The notes below the pieces were generated by a model. That model was not told the DNA's origin, ran no database searches, and was given only the letters and a program-made list of their open reading frames with translations. This document shows, piece by piece, positions 43,786 to 52,833 of a stretch of DNA of 64,000 nucleotides. This DNA comes from an uncultured Actinomycetes bacterium. Its GTDB lineage: Bacteria > Actinomycetota > Actinomycetes > Streptosporangiales > Streptosporangiaceae. The stretch spans positions 368,480-432,479 of the forward strand of contig CAWFDX010000002.1 of assembly GCA_963814645.1 (NCBI GenBank). The letters are read 5' to 3'. How positions within the stretch are numbered: position 1 is the first letter of the stretch; every line of letters starts with the position of its first letter. A program made the translations under genes and the position numbers.

Positions 43786-44760
43786 GTGACCGTAGCCGGA
43801 AAGCCGGACGTCAGCCGGGCAGCCCAGCCGGCCGGGGTGGCCCGCCCGGGCCGCCCCGGCCGGCCGAGCCGGGCCGCCGCGGCGCAGCGCCGGGCCGGGG
43901 CTGGGATGACCGCCCCGTTCCTGGCCCTGTTCGCGGTGTTCTTCGTCGCGCCGCTGGTCTACTCGATCTGGCTCAGCCTGAAGGCCGGCGGCACCGGCCA
44001 GTTCGCCGGCCTGCTCAACTACCGCTCGGTCATCAGCAACAGCGAGTACTGGGGCGGCGTCCAGCGGATGATCTACTTCGGGGTCATCCAGGTGACCGCG
44101 ATGATCGGGCTGGCCATCGCGCTGGCCCTGTTCCTGGACAGCGCGTACTGCAAGGGCCGGAAGTTCTTCGCCCTGGTGTACTTCCTGCCCTACGCCGTGC
44201 CCGGCGTGATCGCCGCGATCATGTGGGCGTTCCTGCTCGAACCCGATCTCAACGGCGCGCTGAACATTCCGCACAAGCTCGGCCTGGCCAGCGGCCCAGT
44301 CGATCCACTGGACTACCGGCTGGCGCTCTACGCGATCATGCTGATCGTCACCTGGGAGTTCGCCGGGTACAACATGACGATCCTGCTGACCAGCCTGACC
44401 AGCGTGCAACGGCAGGTCATTGAGGCAGCCCGGATCGACGGCTGCTCGGAACTGGCGATCGCGCTGCGGGTCAAGTTCCCGCTGATCCGCCGGACCGTGC
44501 TGTTCACCGTGATCCTGTCCATCATCGGCACCCTGCAGCTGTTCAACGAGCCGGTCCTGCTCAACTACATCGCGGAGACCAGCAACAGCCTGACCCCGAA
44601 CCAGATCATCTACAACACCGCGTACCAGTTCGGCAACGAGTCGCTGGCCGCGGCCCAGTCGATCGTGCTGGCCGTGATCACGATCGTGGCCACCGTGACG
44701 TTCTACGGCATCATCCGGCGGCGCAGTGACCCGCTGGCCGGGACGAGGAGGTACTCCTGA
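43786..44760 (+). CDS. Carbohydrate ABC transporter permease
   Basis: Six TM segments and an EAA-like loop (EAARIDGCSELAIALRVKFPL). GTG start. Confidence 0.85.
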   Translation: MTVAGKPDVSRAAQPAGVARPGRPGRPSRAAAAQRRAGAGMTAPFLALFAVFFVAPLVYSIWLSLKAGGTGQFAGLLNYRSVISNSEYWGGVQRMIYFGVIQVTAMIGLAIALALFLDSAYCKGRKFFALVYFLPYAVPGVIAAIMWAFLLEPDLNGALNIPHKLGLASGPVDPLDYRLALYAIMLIVTWEFAGYNMTILLTSLTSVQRQVIEAARIDGCSELAIALRVKFPLIRRTVLFTVILSIIGTLQLFNEPVLLNYIAETSNSLTPNQIIYNTAYQFGNESLAAAQSIVLAVITIVATVTFYGIIRRRSDPLAGTRRYS

Positions 44761-45662
44761 TGAGCGCCGCCCAGACGCTCCGTCCACAGCGGGCGGGCCG
44801 CCCGCTGCTGGCCCGCCGGATCAAGATCACCGTGGGCACCGCGCTGCTCCTGCTGGCCGCCGTGTACGTGCTGGTCCCGGTGTACTGGCTGCTGATCGCG
44901 TCGACCAAGAGCAGCGGCCAGCTGTTCAGCACCCCGACGTTCCTGCCGCCCAGCCACCTGTCGCTGGGCAGCAATCTCAGTTCGCTGCTGAACTACGGCG
45001 GCGGCGAGTACAAGGACTGGTTCGTCAACTCAATCGTGTACGCGACCGTCACCGCGGCGCTGGCCACCGGGGTAGCCACGCTGTGCGGGTATGGCCTGGC
45101 CAAGTACCGGTTCCGCATGCGGCGGACGGTGTTCGGCCTGGTCGTCGGCTCGCTGATGGTGCCGGCCACCGCGCTGGTGGTGCCGATCTTCATGCTGGAG
45201 ACCTACCTGCACCTGAACAACACCTATCAGGGCGTCATCCTGCCGCTGGCCGTCTACCCGTTCGGCGTGTACTTCATGGCCATTTACTCGCTGGACGCGG
45301 TGCCGGACACGCTGCTCGACGCGTCGCGCATCGACGGCGCGGGTGAGCTGAACATCTTCTGGCGGGTGGCCCGGCCGATCCTGATGCCCGGCATGGTCAC
45401 CCTGTTCCTGCTGTCGTTCATCGGCACCTGGAACAACTTCTTCCTGCCGCTGGTGCTGCTCGGCGACACCAGCAAGTTCCCGCTGACCGTCGGGCTGTCC
45501 GGCTGGGCCAGCGACCTGCACCAGGCCGGCACCGGGCAGCCGCTCTACCCGGAGGTGCTGCTCGGCTCGCTGATCTCGGTGCTGCCGATGCTCATCCTGT
45601 TCCCGTTCCTGCAGAAGTACGTGGCCCGCGGGCTGACGTTCGGCGCGATCGCGGGCGACTGA
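44760..45662 (+). CDS. Carbohydrate ABC transporter permease
   Basis: Six TM segments and an EAA loop (DASRIDGAGELNIFWRVARPI). The start overlaps the upstream stop. Confidence 0.9.
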   Translation: MSAAQTLRPQRAGRPLLARRIKITVGTALLLLAAVYVLVPVYWLLIASTKSSGQLFSTPTFLPPSHLSLGSNLSSLLNYGGGEYKDWFVNSIVYATVTAALATGVATLCGYGLAKYRFRMRRTVFGLVVGSLMVPATALVVPIFMLETYLHLNNTYQGVILPLAVYPFGVYFMAIYSLDAVPDTLLDASRIDGAGELNIFWRVARPILMPGMVTLFLLSFIGTWNNFFLPLVLLGDTSKFPLTVGLSGWASDLHQAGTGQPLYPEVLLGSLISVLPMLILFPFLQKYVARGLTFGAIAGD

Positions 45663-45696
45663 ACCCCAACCACTGAGTACGAGGAGGCACGACCGG

Positions 45697-47703
45697 ATGG
45701 CGTCATCCTGGGCGCGGGGCAGCTGGCCGCCGCCGCACATCCTCTACGGCGGAGACTACAACCCGGAGCAGTGGCCGCCCGAGGTGTGGCGCGAGGACGT
45801 CAAGCTGATGACCGAGGCCGGGGTGAACCTGGCCACGGTCGGGGTGTTCTCTTGGGCCTGGCTGGAACCGGCGCCCGGCGAGTTCGACTTCGGCTGGCTG
45901 CGCGAGGTGCTCGACCTGCTGCACGGCGGCGGCATCGACGTGGCGCTGGCCACGCCGACCGCGAGCCCGCCGCCCTGGCTGTCGGCCCGTCACCCGGAGA
46001 TGCTGCCGGTCACCGCGGCTGGCGTGCGCTACTCGCACGGCAGCCGGCAGCACTTCTGCGTGCACAGCCCGGCCTACCGGCGGCACGCGCTGCGCATTAC
46101 CGAGCGGCTGGCCCGCGAGCTGGGCGACCACCCGGCGGTCCGGCTGTGGCACCTGCACAACGAGTACGCCTGCCACATCCCCGCCTGTTACTGCGATATC
46201 TCGGCGGCCGCGTTCCGTGACTGGTTGCGCCGCCGCTACGGCAGCACGGACGCGCTGAACGAGGCCTGGGGCGCCGCGTTCTGGAGCCAGCGGTACCAGG
46301 ACTTCGCCGAGGTGCTGCCGCCCCGGGTCACCCCGACGCACCCGAACCCGGCCCAGCAGCTCGACTACCAGCGCTTCATGAACGACTCCTACCTGGCGGA
46401 ATTCACCGAGGAACGCGATCTGGTCCGGGCTATCACCCCCGGCCTGCCGGTCACCACCAACTTCATGGGCTTGTTCAAGCCGCTGGACTATTTCGAGTGG
46501 GCCGCCGCCGAGGACGTGTGCAGCACGGACAACTACCCGGACCCGGCCGACCCGGCCAGCCCGATGCTCACCGCCATGCATTACGACCTGATCCGCTCGG
46601 TCAAGAAGGGCACCCCGTGGCTGGTGATGGAGCAGACCACGCTGCGGGTCAACTGGCGCCCGGTCAACTCGGCCAAGCCGCCCGGCGAGATGCGCAAGGT
46701 CTGCTACCAGGCGCTGGCCCGGGACGCGGCCGGCCTGCTGTTCTTCCAGTGGCGCGCGGCGCGGGCGGGCGCGGAAAAGTTCCACAGCGCGATGCTGCCG
46801 CACGCCGGTACCGGCTCCCCCATCTGGCCCGAGGTGACCAGGCTGGGCGCCGAACTGCCACCCCTTTCTGAATTGAACGCCAGCCGCGTGGCCAGTGCCG
46901 TGGCCATCGCGTTCTCCTGGCCTAACTGGTGGGCCCTGGAGCTGGGCTCGAAGCCGTCGGCCGAGATCCAGATGCTGAGCCAGCTCCGCTGGATGTACCG
47001 CCCGGTGTGGGAGGCCGCCGTCACCGCGGACTTCGTCCGGCCCGATGCGAACCTGTCCGGCTACCCGCTGCTCCTGGTGCCCAGCCTGTACCTGCTGACC
47101 GAGGCCGAGGCAAGCTACATATGTAGCTTTGTGCGGTCCGGCGGGACGGCGGTCATCTCGTTCTGGTCCGGGATCGTGAACGAGTCCGAGCAGGTCTACC
47201 TGGGCAGCTACGGCGGCCCGCTGGGTGAGCTCTTCGGCGGCGCGGTGCTCGACGTGGCCCCGCTGCAGCCCGCTGAGACGGTCGAACTGGCCTGGGCGGA
47301 CGGGCGGCGCGGCACCGCCACGCACTGGCAGGACATCATCGAGCCGGCCGGCGGCGCGGTGCTGGCCCGGTACGCGTCCGGGCCGTGGGCCGGCCGCCCG
47401 GCCGTGCTGGACCACCGCTACGGCCAGGGCCGGGTCATCTACCTGGGCACCCGGCTGGACCGCGCGGATATGCGCGAGCTGATCGGCCCGCTGCTGGGCG
47501 GGCAGCCGTCCCTGCCCAGCGGCATCGAGCGGGTGGTCCGCACGGCCGGCCCAGTCAGCTACGAATTCCTGCTCAACCACTCCGGCGCCCCGGTGCAAGT
47601 GTCGGCTGCGCCCGGCGGAACCGACCTGCTCACCGGCACCCCAGTCGCCGGGCAACTCGACCTACCTCCGGCCGGTGTCGCCATCGTCCGCCGGGAATCG
47701 TGA
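45697..47703 (+). CDS. Beta-galactosidase, glycoside hydrolase family 42
   Basis: YGGDYNPEQWPPEVW, the WHLHNEY acid/base region and an approximately 670-aa three-domain length. Confidence 0.9.
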   Translation: MASSWARGSWPPPHILYGGDYNPEQWPPEVWREDVKLMTEAGVNLATVGVFSWAWLEPAPGEFDFGWLREVLDLLHGGGIDVALATPTASPPPWLSARHPEMLPVTAAGVRYSHGSRQHFCVHSPAYRRHALRITERLARELGDHPAVRLWHLHNEYACHIPACYCDISAAAFRDWLRRRYGSTDALNEAWGAAFWSQRYQDFAEVLPPRVTPTHPNPAQQLDYQRFMNDSYLAEFTEERDLVRAITPGLPVTTNFMGLFKPLDYFEWAAAEDVCSTDNYPDPADPASPMLTAMHYDLIRSVKKGTPWLVMEQTTLRVNWRPVNSAKPPGEMRKVCYQALARDAAGLLFFQWRAARAGAEKFHSAMLPHAGTGSPIWPEVTRLGAELPPLSELNASRVASAVAIAFSWPNWWALELGSKPSAEIQMLSQLRWMYRPVWEAAVTADFVRPDANLSGYPLLLVPSLYLLTEAEASYICSFVRSGGTAVISFWSGIVNESEQVYLGSYGGPLGELFGGAVLDVAPLQPAETVELAWADGRRGTATHWQDIIEPAGGAVLARYASGPWAGRPAVLDHRYGQGRVIYLGTRLDRADMRELIGPLLGGQPSLPSGIERVVRTAGPVSYEFLLNHSGAPVQVSAAPGGTDLLTGTPVAGQLDLPPAGVAIVRRES

Positions 47704-47746
47704 TCAACCGATTAGTGCTGCCAGGGCAACAGCAATCGGTTGATCA
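47701..47746. terminator. Bidirectional hairpin whose arms contain both convergent stop codons
   Basis: Perfect 13-bp inverted repeat TGAtcaaccgatt (47701-47713) / aatcggttgaTCA (47734-47746), with an inner gctg/cagc stem. Confidence 0.55.
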
Positions 47747-49390
47747 CGAACTGGGGGTGGAGCCGAGGGCGGCGGTGAGGACGGTGAGCAGGGTGGTGCC
47801 GTTGGGGGAGCCGAGGCCGGTGCACGCGTCCCAGCCCGGTCCGGCCGGGTAGGCGCCGTTGTTGCCGCTGGTGATGTCCTGGAACCCGGCGGCGGCGGTG
47901 CCCGCCGTAACGCCCGCGTACAGCAGCGGCTGGAGCAGGCCAAACGGCTTGCCGGTGGACTGGGTCATGCGGCAGATCAGCGCCGCCCACAGCGGGGCAA
48001 CCGCGCTGGTCCCGCCGACCACTATCGACTGCCCGTCCACCAGCACCTGGTAGCCGGTCTGCGGGTCGGCGCAGCCGGCCACGTCGGGCACGCCGCGGCC
48101 GGGCGCGGTGCCGGCCGGCGAGCCGGCCCGGGCCGGCACCCCGGCCGACGCCTGCCAGGACGGCAGCGGGAACGTGTCGCTCACCCCGCCGCCGGTGGCG
48201 CCGTGACCGGCCCCGTCGTTCCATACCGTCTCTGAGCTGATCACCCCAGCGGCCCCGTGCAGGGCGGTCCCGCCGCAGGCCAGCGCGTGCGGGCTGGACG
48301 CCGGGAAGTCGGTGTGCGGCTGGCCGTCGGATACCGCGTCGCTGCTGCCGTTGTCCCCGGCCGCGACGCACACCGTGATGCCCAGCGCGGCCGCATCGGC
48401 CATCGCCTCGTCCAGCGCGGTCCGGCCCTGCGCGGTCCACGCGTCCTCGGACTGGCCCCAGCTGATGCTGATCGCGGTCGGCGTCGGGCTGGCGTGCACC
48501 GCGGTGGTCACCGCGTCCACGAAGCCCTGGTCGGTGTTGGGCGCGAAGTACACCACCTGGGCCGCGCCCGGCGCGACCGAGCCGGCCACCTCGATGTCCA
48601 GCAGGACCTCGCCATCCGCCCCGTTCGGGTCCTGGCCGGCCGCGTTGACCGCGCCGTCTACGCTGGCCGCGGTGACCGAGGGCACCGGCAGGTCCAGCCC
48701 GCCGAAGTAGGAGTCCAGGTCGCTGCTGCCGAACCCGCCGCCCAGCTCGATGATGGCCAGCGTGTGCCCGGTCCCGTCGGTGCCGGCCGGGAACTTGTAC
48801 AGCACAGCCACCTGCGGCGGCGTATAAGATACCGGGGCCGCGGCCGGCGCCGCCGCCCCCGTCCCGGCCGCCTCGGCCGTGGCGCTGGGCGCCCGGCGGA
48901 AGTGCGGTTGGGCCTGCGGCCGGTCGTCCAGGCCGAGCACGGCCAGCACGATCCCGTTCAGCTCGGCCGGGATGCGCAGCTCACCCTGGCGGTACCGGTG
49001 CTCGGTCAGCTGATCCGAGCCCGGCGCCGTGCTGCGCACCAGGCTCAGCTGGGCGCCGAACGTTTCACTCAGCGCGGCCAGCGAGCCCTCGACCTTGACC
49101 TGCCGGGCACCCGGGTCGGCCTCGGTGACCTGCAGGCCATGCGGGGCCAGCACGATGCGCAGGAAGTCGATGTCGGCCGGGTCGGTGCCGTGCTGCTCGG
49201 CCAGCTGGTCGCGGGTCACCGTCTCGGGTGTGTCGACCAGGTCCCGGGGCAGTGGGGACCGGCGCCGGGTCACCAGGGTGACCACGATCCGCTGCGATTC
49301 GTCCACCGGCCCGGCCTGCTCGGCCGCGGGCACTGGCCCGCGCTCGCTGCCCGGCAGCGGGACAAAGGAATCGGCCCCGGAATCGGTCAT
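47744..49390 (-). CDS. S53-family (sedolisin/kumamolisin-like) serine peptidase with pro-domain
   Basis: N-terminal pro-kumamolisin-like activation domain. The catalytic Ser is in GGTSAVAPLWAAL, and upstream acidic residues lie in LLDIEVAG. No obvious signal peptide. Confidence 0.8.
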   Translation of the reverse strand: MTDSGADSFVPLPGSERGPVPAAEQAGPVDESQRIVVTLVTRRRSPLPRDLVDTPETVTRDQLAEQHGTDPADIDFLRIVLAPHGLQVTEADPGARQVKVEGSLAALSETFGAQLSLVRSTAPGSDQLTEHRYRQGELRIPAELNGIVLAVLGLDDRPQAQPHFRRAPSATAEAAGTGAAAPAAAPVSYTPPQVAVLYKFPAGTDGTGHTLAIIELGGGFGSSDLDSYFGGLDLPVPSVTAASVDGAVNAAGQDPNGADGEVLLDIEVAGSVAPGAAQVVYFAPNTDQGFVDAVTTAVHASPTPTAISISWGQSEDAWTAQGRTALDEAMADAAALGITVCVAAGDNGSSDAVSDGQPHTDFPASSPHALACGGTALHGAAGVISSETVWNDGAGHGATGGGVSDTFPLPSWQASAGVPARAGSPAGTAPGRGVPDVAGCADPQTGYQVLVDGQSIVVGGTSAVAPLWAALICRMTQSTGKPFGLLQPLLYAGVTAGTAAAGFQDITSGNNGAYPAGPGWDACTGLGSPNGTTLLTVLTAALGSTPSS

Positions 49391-49482
49391 GCTCTCGCTC
49401 CCTGTCTGCGCAAACGGTCCCCTGGACCTTGCCAGTATGTCGGGTTCGGGGTTTGCCCGGAGGTGGTCGGCGATTTGCCCGG

Positions 49483-49530
49483 AAAATGCCTGTGGCGGGG
49501 ACGGCTGCCTCCCGCCGTCCCCGCCACAGG
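49483..49530 (-). terminator. Intrinsic terminator of the 49546-49956 gene
   Basis: Perfect 17-bp stem (49489-49505 / 49514-49530) with an 8-nt loop. On the minus strand it is followed by cattttcc. Confidence 0.6.
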
Positions 49531-49545
49531 CCAGTGAAGAACTGC

Positions 49546-49956
49546 TTAGGCGGCGACCCGCCCGTTCGCCAGGTCACTGCCGCGGGTGTCGCCGGTCACC
49601 TCCAGCCGGTGCACCACGTTTTCGGTGCTGACCTCGTGTGCGGCCAGATCGGCCAGGGCCAGCACGCCCAGGGCGATCGCATCGGCCAGCACCAGCCAGG
49701 TCAGTGCCGGGCCGGTGAAGATGAGCGCGGCGATCAGCGACCACAGCGCGGCCAGGCCGACCAGGCCGTGCCCGATGCGCTGGCCCGCCCGGCGGGCGGT
49801 GCCCAGGCTGGCCCCGGCCAGCAGCAGCAGGCCGGCTGAGACGCCGAACGCCAGCCAGCCGGCCACCGGGGCCGAGAATGCCATTGCCGAGACAGCCAGG
49901 AACGCCGCGCCGAGGACGAACAGATTATCCAGCGCGAACCGCAGACTGAGCTTCAT
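49546..49956 (-). CDS. Small four-TM membrane protein, unknown function
   Basis: Strong RBS (aaggaggtactcgtcATG on the minus strand), four hydrophobic helices and its own terminator. Confidence 0.7.
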   Translation of the reverse strand: MKLSLRFALDNLFVLGAAFLAVSAMAFSAPVAGWLAFGVSAGLLLLAGASLGTARRAGQRIGHGLVGLAALWSLIAALIFTGPALTWLVLADAIALGVLALADLAAHEVSTENVVHRLEVTGDTRGSDLANGRVAA

Positions 49957-50132
49957 GACGAGTACCTCCTTGACGCCGGTTATGGCGGCGCCAGCCGTTT
50001 AGCTACGGCGGGCCAGAACGGACGCCGATCGGGCGGCCATTCCGTCTCGTCGGGCCGCGGCCTTTCCCGCGGACCCACTCAGGGCAACCGGAATGGTCCT
50101 CCGGATATGCCCCGGCGCGAATGTCTGCTGGA

Positions 50133-50810
50133 TCACATCGACGGGGCTTCGCCGCGCAGCTCGCGCGGCTTCTTCTTCCGCGGCGGGCGGCGCTGCACGT
50201 TCACCCCGCCCATCAGGGCGAAGCCCACCACCTTGAGCCGCGGCGCGCCGGGCAGGCCGGGCCCGGTTGCCCGGTGATCGAAACCGCCCATGAATGCGAA
50301 ACCGGACACGTCTACCGAGATCTCCTCGTCCACGATGATGTCGATGCCGCCCATTAGCGCGAACGTCTGGATGGTCACCTCGTGCCCGCTGAACCGGGCC
50401 TCCCGCAGGTCGAGGCTGACGGCGCCCATAATGGCCACCGCGGTGTAGCTGGGCGGCACTACCCAGCCGCCGGACCGGTGCGCCTCGCTCATTACCGCGA
50501 CCGAGATGGCCGACCCGGGGGTGCCGCCGATCCGGGACTCCGGGAACCGGGGGGCCGCGGAATCGACCGGTGGCAGCGGCGCGGTCACTATGGCGGGCGG
50601 CTGCGGCCCGGCCTCGGGCAGATCCTCGGTGACCGCGGCCAGTTCGCCGTAGGTCCTGGCCGCGTAGGCGGCGGTGAGCCGGTCGTCCAGCTCCTCGAGC
50701 GTGATCCGCCCGTCACCGGCCGCACGGCGCAGCACCTCGGCGGCGTGTTCCCGTTCTGCGTCGGATACCCGGAGGTTCCGGCGGTCAGCCGGCCCGTCGG
50801 GGATGGTCAT
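50133..50810 (-). CDS. DUF1707 (SHOCT-like) protein with LiaF-like C-terminal domain
   Basis: N-terminus LRVSDAEREHAAEVLRRAAGDGRITLEELDDRL is the DUF1707 signature. The C-terminal MGG-repeat beta region (FALMGGIDII..., FAFMGGFD, FALMGGVNV) follows. Confidence 0.8.
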   Translation of the reverse strand: MTIPDGPADRRNLRVSDAEREHAAEVLRRAAGDGRITLEELDDRLTAAYAARTYGELAAVTEDLPEAGPQPPAIVTAPLPPVDSAAPRFPESRIGGTPGSAISVAVMSEAHRSGGWVVPPSYTAVAIMGAVSLDLREARFSGHEVTIQTFALMGGIDIIVDEEISVDVSGFAFMGGFDHRATGPGLPGAPRLKVVGFALMGGVNVQRRPPRKKKPRELRGEAPSM

Positions 50811-50822
50811 CTAGCCGCCGCC

Positions 50823-51089
50823 CTACTCGCTGGGCAGCGAGATCTCGAGGGCGGTGATCCCGCGCAGGTCCAGCCAGGCCCGGTCCGACGTGTGGACCAG
50901 GCGGAGCAGCACCTGGCCGCAGGTCTGGCAGCGGGCCACCGCGCCCGGGCCGTCCATGAAGACGTGGGCCTGGGCCATCGCGGCCCGGGTCCCGCACGAG
51001 GCGCACTGGCCCATCGCACTGGTCAGGTCCACGGCGAACACCTCGCCGAGCGGCCCGGCCAGCGCGTTGCCGTCCAGGTAGGTCTGCAC
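50823..51089 (-). CDS. DUF6510-like zinc-ribbon protein
   Basis: 88 aa with LDGNALAGPLGEVF and two CxxC pairs (CASCG ... CQTCG). The start lies 2 nt after the reductase stop. Confidence 0.7.
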   Translation of the reverse strand: MQTYLDGNALAGPLGEVFAVDLTSAMGQCASCGTRAAMAQAHVFMDGPGAVARCQTCGQVLLRLVHTSDRAWLDLRGITALEISLPSE

Positions 51090-51091
51090 GG

Positions 51092-51841
51092 TTAGCCTCC
51101 GGAAGGTCCGAATCGTTCCGTCTTGATCGCACCGGGCCGGTGACCGGCCTGGATGAGCAGGTTAGCGGCCGCCTCCACGAACCCGGTCGGGCCGCACACG
51201 AACACCGCGGGCGGCGCCCCGGTCTCATCGCCCCGGGGCAGCTCGGCGGCGCTGAGCCGGCCGGGCGGCCGCGGCCACCCAGTTGGCACTGAGCGGGTGT
51301 ACAGATAATCGATGCCCAGGCCATCAGCCTGGCGCTGGCGTTCGGCTAGCTCGGCGGTATACAGGGCGTCGGCGGGAGAGCGGACTGAATAGAGCAGCTG
51401 GAACGGAGCGTGGCCGTCCGCCGCGGCGCGGCTGCGGATCATGGACATCAGCGGGACGATGCCGCTGCCGCCCGCCACCAGCAGTACCGGGCCGGGGCTG
51501 GCCGGGTCCCAGACGAACCAGCCGCCGATCGGGCCGCGCAGCTCGAACGGGTAGCCGGCCTGCAGCGTCTCGGTCAGGTAAGGGGAGACCTCGCCGTCGG
51601 GCAGCCGCTGGACGGTCAGCTCCACCCGGCCGGGTTCGGGCGCCGAGGCGATGGAGTAGGACCGCTCGACCGAGTAGCCGTCCTCGGCGGTGAGCCGCAC
51701 GTCCACGTGCTGCCCGGGCAGGTGCCCGGCCCAATTGGGCAGGTCGATCCCGATGCTGACCGCGACCGCGGTCTCCTTGCGGATATCGCTGACTGTGCCG
51801 TCCTGCCAGCTCAGTCGCCCCAGTACCGCTGTTCCCGCCAT
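51092..51841 (-). CDS. FNR-type FAD/NAD(P)H oxidoreductase (ferredoxin-reductase-like)
   Basis: FAD-binding RSYSIAS and NAD-binding LVAGGSGIVPLMSM. About 250 aa. The start overlaps the upstream gene by 31 nt, so the start is somewhat uncertain. Confidence 0.85.
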   Translation of the reverse strand: MAGTAVLGRLSWQDGTVSDIRKETAVAVSIGIDLPNWAGHLPGQHVDVRLTAEDGYSVERSYSIASAPEPGRVELTVQRLPDGEVSPYLTETLQAGYPFELRGPIGGWFVWDPASPGPVLLVAGGSGIVPLMSMIRSRAAADGHAPFQLLYSVRSPADALYTAELAERQRQADGLGIDYLYTRSVPTGWPRPPGRLSAAELPRGDETGAPPAVFVCGPTGFVEAAANLLIQAGHRPGAIKTERFGPSGG

Positions 51842-52407
51842 GGGTCTCCGTAGTTGTTATAGCCGAGGCTCTCCCAGAATCCTGGCTGGTCCTTGTCCCT
51901 CAAGTCGATGCCTTGCACCCATTTGGCGGATTTCCAGAAGTACAGGTGCGGGACCAGCAGCCGGGCCGGGCCGCCGTGCTCGGCGGTCAGCGGCTTGCCC
52001 TCGTACTCGAACGCTATCCAGGCCTGCCCGTCGCGCACATCGGCCAGCGGCAGGTTGGTGGTGTACCCGCCGTAGCTGTGCGCCAGCAGGTACTGCGCGC
52101 TGGTCTCCGCCTCGGCCAGCAGGGTATCCAGCGACACCCCGCGCCAGTGCGTGGTCAGCTTGGACCACTTCGTCACGCAGTGGATGTCAACCGTGATGTC
52201 CTCGTCCGGCAGGGCGCGGAACTCGGTCCAGTTCCACTCCCGGACCTGGCCGGTCTCGGTCTTTAGCCGGAACTGCCAGGATCCGGTGTCCACCCGGGGG
52301 GTGGGCCCGGCGGACAGCACCGGGAAGTCGGTGACCAGGTACTGGCCCGGCGGAAGCTTCTGGTCCCCACGGCGCCGGCCGTGGAAACCGGGTGACACGA
52401 TGCCCAT
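51811..52407 (-). CDS. Soluble molybdopterin-dependent oxidoreductase (sulfite-oxidase/YedY-MsrP fold, catalytic domain only)
   Basis: LPPGQYLVTDFPVL, the Mo-ligand-type Cys in IHCVTKWS, EHGGPARLLVPHLYFWKSAKWV. No Tat or Sec signal. Confidence 0.85.
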   Translation of the reverse strand: MGIVSPGFHGRRRGDQKLPPGQYLVTDFPVLSAGPTPRVDTGSWQFRLKTETGQVREWNWTEFRALPDEDITVDIHCVTKWSKLTTHWRGVSLDTLLAEAETSAQYLLAHSYGGYTTNLPLADVRDGQAWIAFEYEGKPLTAEHGGPARLLVPHLYFWKSAKWVQGIDLRDKDQPGFWESLGYNNYGDPWREQRYWGD

Positions 52408-52482
52408 CCGCCTAGCTTGTCACGGGCGGCCGGAAGTGGATCTCCGGCCACCCCCGGTCATGCCGCCGCGGCCCGGTCCGGG

Positions 52483-52833
52483 TCAGTGCAGGTGGCGCGT
52501 CCAGTCGGCGGGGACCCGGCCGGCCGGGCCCGGGGTTGGCTGGTCCAGCGGGTGATGCTCGGGCGGGGCCAGCGGCGGGCCGTCGTAGAACGACTCGTCC
52601 TGATAGCTCCAGAACCAGTCCTCGCCTGGCTCGAAGCTGCGGATCAGCGGGTGGCCGGCCGTGCTGGCGTGCGCGCTGGCGTGCTGCGACGGCGAACTGT
52701 CGCAGCAGCCGATGTGCCCGCACTCGGCGCACCGCCGCAGGTGGAACCACCAGCCACCGGCTTCCGTGCACTCGACGCATCCGGTGCCGCTGGGCTTGGC
52801 GTCCGGGTTGACGCCCGGGGCCACGTCGGCCAT
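52483..52833 (-). CDS. UBP-type zinc-finger domain protein
   Basis: CVECTEAGGWWFHLRRCAECGHIGCCDSSPSQHASAH matches the zf-UBP Cys/His pattern. The start codon directly abuts the kinase stop. Confidence 0.8.
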   Translation of the reverse strand: MADVAPGVNPDAKPSGTGCVECTEAGGWWFHLRRCAECGHIGCCDSSPSQHASAHASTAGHPLIRSFEPGEDWFWSYQDESFYDGPPLAPPEHHPLDQPTPGPAGRVPADWTRHLH

